DNA of 54,538 bases, counting the filler, from Sphacelaria rigidula (taxonomy: Eukaryota): assembly GCA_964200075.2 (NCBI GenBank). It is 3 parts of 3 records of this genome, joined end to end, with 100 filler letters (N's around TTAATTAATTAA, not from the genome) between each part and the next. Parts side by side here need not be neighbours in the genome. Positions count along the whole stretch, not along the records: positions 36,431 to 54,538 come from CAXNAA020000915.1; 2 more parts are not named here. One strand, written 5' to 3'. Shown in pieces: positions 36,511 through 49,300 of this stretch; position 1 is the stretch's first letter, and every line of letters begins with the position of its first letter. A program made the position numbers and the translations under genes. The notes beneath the pieces were generated by a model. That model had not been told where the DNA came from and did not search any database. It saw only the letters and a list, made by a program, of their open reading frames with translations.

Positions 36511-36963
36511 CACTTGTTCTAGCTCTTCACATATTCCTGTCGCTGGCCGGCCGGAAATCTTGAGCTGTCAGCCGTCTGTGCATGTCGCGGCTTGTACGCA
36601 AAGCAGCTTCCAAATTGGACGTGTGGGCTACTTGCTGATCTCTGTACTATGCGATACACCTTACCGAGTAGTATCACAGGGTACCCCCTCCCCGTGATGA
36701 AGTCTTCCGATCCTCGGCTGTGCCTTTGTGGCGGTCCGGAAATCGGAGCGGTAGATTGTTATCTAGGGCTTGTTTGACATGGTGAACACCAAAGTCGATA
36801 TCACGGACGCATGTATCTTCCCGAGATGTCACGTGAGCTACTGTTTCCTTCCCCATTTTCGTCCGAAACATATGTTGGGGTTGCGGTCCCATTTTTCGGA
36901 GATTTGTCGACCCTATATTTTCGTCTGTGACCACGGGTTCGCGAGATCGGCCTCATGTGCGGA

Positions 36964-37024
<61 letters not shown>
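36964..37024. repeat. (ATA)n microsatellite; others at 7027-7056 (ATA), 20001-20051 (GTT/GCT), 192-213 (TA)
   Basis: Directly visible. Confidence 0.95.
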
Positions 37025-37338
37025 TTTTCGGGGATCCGGCAAGAGCTATTATGCACTCTACCAAACACACGATTCTCTAGGATGCAGAAAACTGTCATTG
37101 ATAGCGGGAATGTATTTCACCATCCCTCGGTTGGCCTATTCGATATTCTTTGGAGGCAGCTTGATATCGTACTGTACACCCGGTGCCTCAGGGGTGTCCG
37201 GCCCACCTGCACGATAATTTCAGTGGATACGTGTGTAATCCAAGCAATGATCTTCTGTGATGTCCGTGCGTAAAGATTTACACGCAATTACGTATTTCTC
37301 GCACCATTCGAGGCTTTCGTTTTTTCTCTGGTCCGCAG

Positions 37339-40300
37339 CTTATGCTCCTCACGGGATCGAAGGACACCACCGTCCGAGTTTGGGACGTTGGAGAGGAATT
37401 CCTGCCGCTCACCGATGAATGGAGCAACCGGAAATCTCGATTTGCCCTGGAGACACAATTCGACGCCAGTTTTGCATCGGTGCAAAATACGACATCCGTC
37501 GACAATATCGCCGCCTTGGAAGCGACAGTACTGGCCGGGGGCAATCAAGCTACAGTCGACGGGGACAAAAGGGGCAACACACGTAGAAACGCGACCGCAT
37601 CCCACACTGGTGAAAACAGTCACAAGAGCAATCAACAAGCTCCAACACGGACTTCGAGCTCGTCGAAATATGGACAGGTGGCAAGCCGCGGGGGGGAAAC
37701 GCCCGCCAGCCGAAGCATATTCCATACCATGATGAAATTGAGGTTGGAAATCCTCCGTCAGGCCGGAGCCGCGGCTGAATGGCGAACGGGTTGCATTACT
37801 GGCTTGATGGATCGAGGGGGTGTTAATCTCCAGCCTCGGAGTTTGGCGGAGGCCAACAAAAACGCCAAGCAGCACCCGCTAATAGAGGTAAGATACACAA
37901 CATCTCAAAGGTGGTTAGGTGGAATCGGGTACGGATAAGGGTACATGTGTCAGGCTGCTCTGGAATACTTGGTACTTTTTTTCAATCGATAGTTGAGGTA
38001 CCTTGGAACGCTTGCTGTTTTATGTAGTCGATTTCCCAGATACGCTGGGGTACTTAGCATCGCAAATACACTGAGAACCCAGGGTAGCCTAGGGTCGGTA
38101 CCCAATCCTGAGCAACCTGGCAAAATTCTGCTGTATTTCGTTGCAAGGTGGCACTTTTACTAGGATAGAGCGCGTACTTAATGACACTCTCTACAATAGG
38201 GATCGAACAAAAATGGCAGGTTTCTTCTCCTGCGTTTCATCGTGGACTCTCTTGTGCATGAAAGTAGAAAATATATGTCCCTTGGGCGCATCTGTCGTGT
38301 GACCAAGGCCACCTTCGTCCGGGGATCGGTTAATGCAAAGCACTTACTCCATGAAGCAAGCAGGTTCCACGATGAAGTTGTGTTGAAGCATAATATTTCC
38401 CTGCAAGACATCAATTGTTTGCCCAAGTCTTCTCGCTTCCCTCTCAACAGATGTTCTGTCGACACAAGTCTCTGTTGAAAAAACAAACAAACGAAGAGAC
38501 TTCGATCGTAAACGAGATCGTCTACGTACTCGTTTCAATTTCAGCATTGCTTTTTCCCCGATTTACTTCTGTAGTGAAGTATCAATCATTACAGTCGATT
38601 TGTTCGCTATTAAACAGTTAAGAACCCAGACATACTTCAAGTCGCGGACCTTCATTCAAATATCTTAATACTGCCTGTCTGTAATGTTCGGGTGGTTGTG
38701 AGAACAATGCCACGGTAGGGGTGAGGCTCTTTGTTGTAGGAGCACCTCGATGACAAATATCTAGGCCTTGGTCTGCAGCCTCAGAAACCTTTCGGACTGA
38801 AAAGTGCACCTCTACCGTGGCACGCCCCCCCCCTGCCGCGGCATCACTCGTGATGCAAACCAGGCCCGAAAATCTGCCTGATGTGATATCTTTTGTAGTA
38901 GCACTATGGTTACACTAGTATGGACCTTGGTGTTTCCGTGGGTGTCAACATCGAAAAATCGAGCGAAACATATAGTCGTACCTCTGATATACACGGAGAA
39001 CTGGATACAGGAGCCATAAACCCTGTGGAACCGGAGACTGTACTTGCTTTATCAGACGTTCCCCGAGTTGTGGTGCATATACACATATGTATGTGTATAT
39101 ATATATATATATGTATTTATACTCATGTATGGATATATACTACCCTTTAACAGTATCTCTATATCGAATGCATACAGGTGACCTACGACAACGACGACGA
39201 AATTGAGCTTGACGTTGAGTCTCACCGTCTCAGGCGACCCGAGGAGATGCGGCGAATGAGCAGAGATGGTGGTGCGATGAGGGAGCCCGACTGGGACAGA
39301 AGGTCGATCCGGCCCATTCTGGGTGCCAAGGTCGCAGTGTATGGGTATCGCCAGTTGCGGGTTGCAGAAACCGTCATCCGTCTGCTCGGAGGTGTGGTGT
39401 TTAAGCAAGAGTGTTGTATTAGGAGACCAGTCGGATGTCGTACGGTATTTTTGGAGGCCTCAGTGACGTCCGTTCTAACTTTATACGGGCAACACTTTGT
39501 TTTGTTCCGATCTTTCTTTTTTCTTTTGTTTTTGTTTTTTTTTCCTTTTCATTTTCTTAGTCTACTACTCTGTCTGGTGTACCTTTTCTGTGCCCTTCAC
39601 TTTTCTTCAGCGAGTCGTTTCCTTTTGCTTCCATCTCGGCTACGTCTATCATGTAGACAATGACCAGAACTGGATCATGACTTCTGGGGGATCAGTTAAA
39701 GTGAGGCAATCAATCAACCAATCAATCAAACCTCACCCAGTATTGCCCTGAAAATAAGTTGTAGCTAAGGATTCTTTGATGCACGTCAGAAATCAGACTG
39801 CCGATATTTCGTCCGACTTATCGATGTTAACCCATCCGGAAATATTGTGGTCTGCACCCGTACCGTTCATATTTTGAGCATCAAACACCAGCGTATTGAG
39901 CCACCTTTTGGCGCTTTTGTATTCGTTCCATTGTTGGAGTGTTCGAAACCACCGATTTTAGCGGTGCTCTCACCCTCTAGAATACTACTCATCATGGACG
40001 CAGTAAAACTGACGATGGCGCAGACACTACGACATACGGTGAATGAGAATTCTCTGAGCTTGACACCGTTATCCGAAACTCTCTGCAGTAGGTAGTGGAA
40101 GGCAAAGAATGAGCTCGCAAATCTAAGGTTCCGCTCCCGTTCAAGCAGGATCGAAGGGTCACGGCTGGTAGTCTCCCCCCTCTGCTTGTCCTGGGCACGA
40201 CAGTTGCCCCCACCCACCCAAGCCGCGAAGACAAAATTATAGTTTGCCGGATACTTATGCACAACTGTAGTGAGAGAACGTATACAAAATCAGCGGGGCG

Positions 40301-43300
40301 ATTACAATCAAACCGTAGACGCACACACTCTTCTCTCTTCCTGGCACTCCCTTGACTCCTACTCCACCCCGTTACAAACAAGGTTCGGATAAAACGGTGG
40401 ACGCACCCGGAAATCGCGACCTGCCGAGCCGGCGGAGACTCCTTTCAGCCCTGCAACAAATAAAAGCGCAGGCAAGTTCCGCCGCTTCCTCCGCCGGCAA
40501 CAGCAACACTGCGAGAGAGAACCACCGCACCCACGGCAGTGTGTATCACGACAGCGCTCCCAACGGCGTGAGCAACATCATATCGACCGCGGCAGCTCTT
40601 GAAGCGGGACTCGAAGCATCTGACGTGTCTAACGACGACCTCCACGCTCTCGCGACCACTCTATGCCAGATCGCCAGCAACGCATTCGACCGTCAGCATT
40701 TGGCATCACCAGACAAGCAGCACAGAACAGCCTGGGCAGCGGTCGGGCGCGCCGTCATGTACCCGGAGCGGTGGCTCCCTAAACCTTCGACGGCGATTCC
40801 CATCAGCGGCGACCGAACAACTTATCGACCGACGACGAGCGAAATTATCGCGAAACTTCGGAAATGGGACGGTCTCAATCGCCCGATTCCGTGCAAATAT
40901 GTTCTCAGACATGACACTCCGGTTACATCCCTGGCCTACTTGCCTTTGTCTATGCTTGTGGCGTCGGGTGCCGCTGATGGCAAGGTACGGCTTTGGGACC
41001 CATGCGCTCGACGACATAAGCTTGCTCCACCCCCTGTTGCGTGGACACACCATGAGATTATCGCCGGCTATGATACCAATGGCTCCGATCATGCTTTTGT
41101 AAAACCTCTTGGGTCGGAGTTTTCGCTGGGATCTTCCTTGGGCGACGTGAATGGCCGGCACTTGCGTATCTGGCCCGGAGAGTATTTGGAAACGCCAGAA
41201 CAGTGGACAGAGACAGGGCAAACATTCTGCTGCGTCGCGGAGTTCAGCGTCGTGGCGTCCTCCCCAGACCCTGCAACGGGTTTTCCACGACGGGGAGAAC
41301 AGAAGGCACGGGAACACGTCGTCGACGGTGGTGGAGAAGGAAACGCCGGGCGCAGACGACTGGCGATGAAAATCGCAACGATGGATGCCATCGCCATACC
41401 CGGTGGCGGTCACCTCCGATCGCTCGTTGTATGCGACGCCGACAGTGCGCGGACAGCGAGACAGATGGATGAGGAAGAGCCGTGGGATCTAGCGTCGGCG
41501 GGTACGTTACGTTTGGTCTGTACGTTGTAGTCGGTAATTCCAAGGTTTGAGGGGCGGAAATTCCATCTCCATGGTGGTTGCATTTGCTCGAAACGGTCCG
41601 GAGGGAAGGGTTTCGCATTCCAGAAATTTACTGAGTTGGATCAGCTATGAACTAACAGATGCAATATTCTGCGTTTACTGTTTTGTATACGCTTTTCGAC
41701 CGGACTAATCTGCGAAGCGCGTTTTTGTTGAATCATTGTTTTGTGCACTTGGACTCCAAGATACCCTGTCAAATCTCTCGGTGATAGCGCTGTTCAATGA
41801 GTGCTAAAAACGTGGAATAGTCTGCAAGTCTTGAAAATGCTATTTTTTCATGCTTTTCAGAGACACCAAAATCCCGTCGAACTCTTCGCCCCAACCCTTT
41901 TCTGTGCGCTATTGGATACATACAGACTGTATTCCTTCTTCGGTACCTCCCTGTACCACCGATCCAACTCATGCAACCAGGAAACGCAGGCGCATTTTTT
42001 TACCTCATGGACAAGGGGGCTATTACGGCCATACCCGCACCCGGAGGTTTCCATGAACGCTATGTTTTGCTGAACGACGCACCCTTCTTCGAGGTGTCGG
42101 GACCGCTGTCCGCGGCGGATGGCGGCGGAGCTACGCAATTGAGAGCATTGTATCGTTCAAGATCGAGAGTGTTGAGGGTAGTCTACGCTGTTTCCGTGGA
42201 GGGACGGTCCGTAGAGATCCTGGCTAATCAGGTACACCAGCGTTTTTTGTTGTGACGCAACCCCTGTGAAAGCGGAGCTGAATTATCTCAAGCACTGAGT
42301 CATTTATGGAATGCAGTCGATCGCTGCGGCCCCTTGTTCCATTCAATCACCGATCGATGGGTCCACCGCAGCGCACACAGCGTCGGTACATCCTCCGCTG
42401 ATGTCATGTACTCATCGTTGAGTCGATGCTCATAGTCACGGCAAGAGTACACGATAGGAATCAATTGAAGAAGAAATAATAAATCAGCGATGGCAAATGA
42501 TGATGATACTCATTATACACCTGATCTTTTGCTTCTGCGCTATTACAAAACCGCTATATCACGCGACAAAAACCCCGAATCGATGAAAATCAACAAACAA
42601 CTATACACCCCATTTGTTCCCCTTGACCCTCGCCCATGTGTCGATCGAACACCGTCGTTAACCAAAAACGATAGTTGGGCAAGGACCACACGATTGCACG
42701 GGCGCGTGATATCCTTGATTCACGGTTCTCGGGCCGACGCCTAGTCGTGTTCTATCGGCAAGGGGACGGAGCAAATCGAGACATATCCGCAGTCATCACC
42801 AACGACGAAGGCATATCGGGCAGCGAACGCAATCTTGGAAGCGACAACGGCGCCGCGGAATTTTTGCGGATCGGGACCTGCGGCGGCGATGAGCGCGTTG
42901 GCGAATCTGGGGGAGGTTTGAAGCAAGTGCGAGTGTCGCTATGGGCAATTGGAAGAATTTCCCTGCGGGTGGAGGCGAGGTCATTTGATCAGCCGATTGA
43001 GGATGAGTGTCAGGCGGCGGCAGAGACCGCTTTCGTGTCCTCTTGGGCAACTAGAATGCAGGTATTTATGGGTACACTGCGTTGCGAGAATTTCTTGTGT
43101 GCACGTGATGAGACAGCGGGATCGACGTGAAATGGAAAGCTCAATCCGTGTCGCAACGAGTTCCCGCCTGCAATCGGGTATTGGTCGTCACGCACGTGGT
43201 AAAATGGCCGGATCAAGTCAGGCCGCGAAATCTATGTTTCACATCAACCCATGCGAAAACTCACAGCAACACGCTAGCGTGCGCAACTGTGTGCCACACT

Positions 43301-46300
43301 CCCTGAACCCTCCCCCTTTCCGAAACCATATCCTTCATGTCGGGAAGAACCTGAGAGCCTTATGCACCGCTCGAGTGGCGGAGGCACGAGGTCGAGCAAA
43401 CGCCGAAGCCAGAGTTCTGGCACGCGTCGGCAGGAGTCTCCGCCTATGCTCTCTCGATCGAACTTGTGGAGAAGAAATCGCGGGTGCAGTTGGCGTCGCC
43501 GCCGTGGAACGGGCGTTCGTAGCGGCATTACGGCTGCCGTCAAGGAGCAGGCACAACCACGGGGGGGTTAACGTCCAAGCTTTGAAGGCGAGTGGGAGGG
43601 TGGGGGTAACATTCGCGGGTCATTTCGAATAGCCTTGGAGATAACCTCTGCCGTCGATTAAGTCAGCGTGTCTACAAAACGTGGGCAAATTCGTGTGCTG
43701 GATTCAACTCAACGGACACAACAATCCCACGACAGATATGGCCCTCGTGGCGCTCAACATGTTACGGGGCAAGCGTTTCCGGGTAGGTGGGGCATGTGTG
43801 TGACGTGGAATGGCGGAGGAGATTGGGAGGGAAATGGAACACCCGGGTCGGGTGGGTACACGAGATCAAACAAAGAACATGAAATGTTTTTGAGCAAGAC
43901 GACAGCTTCGGCCTGGTCCTTCAGAGCATTTCTATTCGCCCCTTATGTTGGTCAAGTTCAACAAGCGCGAGGAAACTACCGCGGCGGGTTTTGCGTAAGT
44001 AGTGTTGAAAGAGAAGGCTCGTTCAAACCCGGTGCGATTGGATAAAGCGTTGGAACAGAGACGTGATAAAACTAGAACACAATATGGTTGTAGAACGTTG
44101 GCTGTGTCCATTAGATTCAAAGTTCAATCGCTACAATATTTTCGTTGCGTTGTATGGTATACTCGCGGTATGATGGATTTTTGAATGACCGACCGAACCA
44201 ATAATTCTGTGGCATACGTGAATAGTTCACGGACACGCCGGGTTTGAATGGATGGTTTCATATTCTCAGGTGTTGCGGACTTGCACGCCGGTTGGGGAAC
44301 GGGGATACCAAGGCAGTCGTGAACGTTGGGTGCAGCTCGAAGAAGTGATGGGCCATCTAACACGGGCGGTTCGATCACCACTCGATGCCGTCGCTCGTCA
44401 CTTCCTCCAACCGTTTGTGACGCAAGCTCTCGAGGTCCGTCCATAGCTGTAGCTCACGCACTTCTGAACATGTAGGAATTTGGCAACCTAAAGTCGTTGG
44501 GCGTGAAGGTAGGCCGTCTGCGAAACCCACCTCCATTTTTCATCCGGTAAATGACTGCCAAAACCTTAGTGTTCCCTGTTTCCGCAGTCAGAGGGATGCT
44601 CGGGGTTGATCACCAGAGCTTTCCAAAAAATGTGTTAACGGAACCATGTTCTGGAGTACATTAAGTGCCAGTTAAAATCTTTCACCGACTCATCTGTTAT
44701 TACGTCTACTCGGTTTTAGCGGTGGATTCCACCTCACATCAGCTGATCGGCGGTATCGACGTGTTTTGTGACGCATCTTGAACACGCCCAGGACCGGGCA
44801 CAAGGCGTACGGTACCTGTAGTTCAAAGACATTTCACTGACCACCTATTCGCTGAAACATGTACCACTATACTCTTGTTTCACGACACTTGAGTGTGCGC
44901 GACATGCTCGATGCGAGGACGATTTCTTTCCCGTGGTGCCGTTTGATCTTCCACTCTCCAAATATATGATGATCTTGCCACGCGCAGAATGCCCTTTCCG
45001 GCATCAGAGCTGACCGCACAATCTGTTGGTCGGGCCTCCAGTCAGCCATCCACTCCATTGTAAGCCGAGAACAAGCCACCACAGAGGAGGCCTTTCACTT
45101 CCTCACAAGGTTCGGGCAGGTGCCCGCTGGTGGCAAAGCACTCGAGGCCTTCGCAAAAGCCGCTGTCCGCGTGGCGAATTCGTCCGCGGGTAACGGTACA
45201 TTAAAGGAGTCGGTAGCCAACGAGAAACGCAAGGACCGTCAACATCCGACGCCAGTACATCCAGATTCATCAGCAGATCGTGATGAGCAAACGCTACGAG
45301 GTCAAGACCCAGGCGAAGAAAAGTCCAGGAGTTATCAAGCGAATACTGGGCAAACCAACTCGAATGCAGAAAAGGACCTGGAGGCACAGTCCATTTTGTT
45401 GAGCGCAACCGATATTTCAAAGTTGGCTGGCGAGTTCGATCCATTGAGATACGTGGACAGTGTTCTGGTCTCCCTGGAAGCGACTTTCCCCGGAACGATT
45501 CCCGCTGACCGTGGCCGCCGCCGTGTGCAGCCACGATCGCCGCTTCAGATCTACGCTTTGACCAGGCGTTCCCGGCGCTGGCAGCACAACTTGGAGAACG
45601 CAGGTAACGTTCTCGAAACAATGAAGCTTAAGCTAGGCCGGAGGTGTCTTGATATACTCCTCCAGGACCCGGGCGCGACAGCAGAAATAGTGCCGGTTTC
45701 GCGGATACCATCGCGAGTATCAGCAGCACAGCTGAATACAGAGGCGAGAGTCTTGACGTCTGCCATAGGTCAATGGCAAGGTCGGGGTGGTGGGGACGAG
45801 GGGCATCATCCTGGCGGCGGGATGGTCTTTACTGCCCGTGTGCATCCCGGTACAGTCTTGCCCGAGCGTGAAGGGAGAGGGATTGCAGCTTATGATGGAT
45901 GGGGGTACTTCAACAGGCATACAGGGAAAACGCGGCGTGAAGGTCGAAAGAGAGCATGTCTAGACGACAGTGGCGGAGATGGTGGCCCTAGGAGAGAAGA
46001 TACTGGGGAATCCGTGGCAGTGTTGGAGATTTCTACGACGAGAGCAAGAGAAGTTGTCAATGCCGAAGGCTGGACTTTCGGTGAGCACGCTACTGTGTCG
46101 GCTGCACAGTTGTCCGTTCCAACCCTTCGTGAGCACATGGGTCTACTTCGCTTTTACCCGGGAGCTAGAGTATTGCTCGGCGAGCGCGGGGATACTGCCA
46201 GCGATGGCGGTGACAGTGCAGGCGGTGGATCTCCGTTATATCTGGTTACCGAGCGTCTAGAAGGCTGGCGACCACTCCGCGAGGTGATTCAGGAGCGAGG

Positions 46301-49300
46301 GTCGGTTACCCCACCTTCGGACGCAGTGGCGGCTGGGGAGGACGGGGGATTCTGGATCCTGCGCCTATGGGCTAGACAACTGCTTTCCATACTCGAGTGC
46401 TTGGGATCTAGATCGCTTGTACTGAGAGATTTGAGCTCATCAACGGTGTTTGTTTCTCCGGACGGGTCAACTCTTAAGGTGGTGGGATTCTCCGCCTTGG
46501 CTACACTCGCACCAGATGGTACACTATCACGAACATCACCAGCTCTAGACTCTAATGTCCACGGCACGACTCGTCCGATCACCCCTCCAGAGGCCCTGAT
46601 GATGAGGAAACGCCTCCGTTGTGATTTCTCTGGGGGTGACGGTAGCGACAACTTACTTCCCGTCGATCACGCATCACTCTTCTTAGCAGCGGGGTGTGAG
46701 AACGACCAACCGACCGTGTTCCCGGCGACAGCAGCATGGGATGTGTGGACCCTGGGAATCTTACTCTTCGAGGCGGCCTTTGGTCGGGAGCCACCGCCAT
46801 ACGGCGCTTCCCTTGACCGAGCAGTTACCTTGTCCAACTCCACCGCTGCCGCCGCTGGGACTCCACCTTCTACACTCGAAGAGGTTGCCGGCGCTCTACA
46901 GTACGATTTTCTGTCGGCGATTAACGCACGTCTGAAAACCGTTGGCATAAAAGGGTCGTCCGCGACAAACTCTATTGATATCCAGGCGGCTCGACCGCTC
47001 ATTCGGGGGCTTGAGTATAAGTCCTTAGGAATGGTGATGGGCACGGGAGACGGCTTCGAAGTAGAGGCTGTTGGGGGCGGGGAGAAGGCCGGCTGCTTCT
47101 CGCATCAAGAATTAGGGGGCAGTCCGACGGAATGCCTCGCCAAGTTCAGACACGCGTGGTTCCGAAGACAGTTGGAGATGGAAACACGAGGCGAGGTGAG
47201 TGTATGCACTTGGCAGATGTTTACCGACAAACTGCAGAGGCACCTTTACATTGCAGCATCGGCCGCACAATCAACCATGCCAAAGGCGGCGAGTTATAAA
47301 AAAGTAGAGCTTACCGCCGACGCCGGAGGCGGAGGGAGTGTGCCGTTCGATGATCGTGGACAACGGCCTAGTGAGCATATGGCGGGCATGGCAATCGTGG
47401 AGAGGATTATCGCGACGCTGCGGGAAGCAGATCCCAGGGGAACAGGGTGGGTCCGGTTTCCCGTCGTCAGTGGTGCGCTGGAATCTGAGCTCCTCCTGTC
47501 GTTGACTTCTGCCGAGGCTGCGATGTCCATAGTTTGCCTGCAAAACGTGCAAAATGAAGCAGAGTACGATAAGGGCTCACAAAAAGCAGCCGTTATCTCA
47601 GGAGTGGACGTGGTGTTTTACCCTCCTCTAAGAAACCTCCTGCGTTCAACCGTATCGTCCTTCTCGGATTTACGAACGCCATTGTGCAAAGGCGGGTCCT
47701 CGTTACCGCGGCCACGTTCGACAAGACTTTTAGAGCTTCTGTGTGTTTGCATGGAGCCCGATCCGAAGCGCCGGCCATCGCCTGCTGATCTTTTACTCCA
47801 TCCTTTCCTATTCGGCGGCAACATTCGAGAAAACGAACAAGCAGACGAACTGGGTCGTGAAGCCGCCGCTGCTTACATGAGCGGGGGAAGCGGTGATCAC
47901 TGCACCTTGCTCACTTTGAGAGATCGCGTTGAACGACCGATTCAAGAGCTCGAAAAATCTATCGGACGACGCGCTGGTGTGGCCAACACAAGCGCACGCT
48001 CACTGCAACCAGGGAAACAAAAAAACCTGACTGTTGAGACTTCTACCGGCGAAACCATCGCTAAGGCCACTAAGGCCTGCGCCAGTACGCTGGTGGCAGC
48101 GCTGAGAGAGCTCGACCGTCTAGTGCGTCCACCGCACGAGAAAGCGCACCACGCTGCTGGCTCTCGGCAAGCGTGGAATGCGGTGCGGGGACACTCCAGA
48201 GTTGTGGATGAAGTCTTTAAGAGCGGGGTGCTGATGAGGGTGTGCGCTCTCTCGCTTATTTATCTAGAAGAGGAGCAGGTACGAACCGTAAAGTTGTGCG
48301 GTCAAGATGGAAGACATAAATGGATAGGATAGAACACTGAGTTACAGTGATGGAACTACTCGGGGGGAGGGGGGGTGGGAGGGGGGAAGTTTCAAGAGAG
48401 CCATCCATGTCCGGACATATTTTGTGCTAAGTTATTGCGACCTATCCGTAGCGAGGGTCACCGGTCAGAGGGCCACGAGAAACATTGAAACGCTTGAATA
48501 AGTCTAGGCCACCAGCCGTTTGGTGGTGTTCTTGCTCTAATCTGCTGAATGAAATCATAACTTCCATGGGGCTGTCTCTTGAGCACGGAAGTGCTGATGG
48601 CCGTGACAAGCAAATACGCATGCCGTTGTTCGGATGTCACCTTGATGGTGTTGTATGATATAATACAACAGCGTATCCCAAGTATATATCCCTGCTGTAG
48701 TGCTCTTCATGTGTTGTACGGTGGAATTCAATTGAGGTACGTCTGGTCATCTCAAGTAGATCTACATCGTCTACTCGTTGCGTAGAATGACAAATTACCA
48801 CGGCTTGCCTTCTGGACTCTCTCCACCACGGCGTGCTTCCGGAACTCTCTCGAAACCAGGCGAACGAGATTGGCCGTGGATTGCCCGGGGTTGGTTTCGT
48901 GGAGGGTGACCCCTGTACAACGGTGGGAGCACGGGTACTCTTAGCTATGGCCAGAGTATTAGAAGGGTTGGTGTTCGGCTTGACAAGTGCCGACAGTCCC
49001 GTTTCGCCCTATGTCGACGTTGTCTTGCGCTGCCTCGTTTCGCTCTACCTGGGGGAGGAGGGTCTGCTCGCCGTCAAGGTGATATTTTGATATTTTTCTG
49101 ACTTTGTTCTCGTTTGTGCGTAAGCTATGGGGCAGACTTCCGTTTCGTACCGACGACCGTAGGTGAAAGCGTAAACCCATCAGCTGCTGAATATCACCAT
49201 GAAGAAGGATTTTTAGGAGTCTGGTAGTCATGGTAGGTGCTTTTTGAAAGGAGCAACAGCAATATATTCAATACCATATGCCGCGATGGAATCAACACCT

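Noticed and set aside
36770-37273. Poly-Ile / poly-Leu ORFs, also at 19774-20273
   Set aside because: Translations of ATA and GTT microsatellites.
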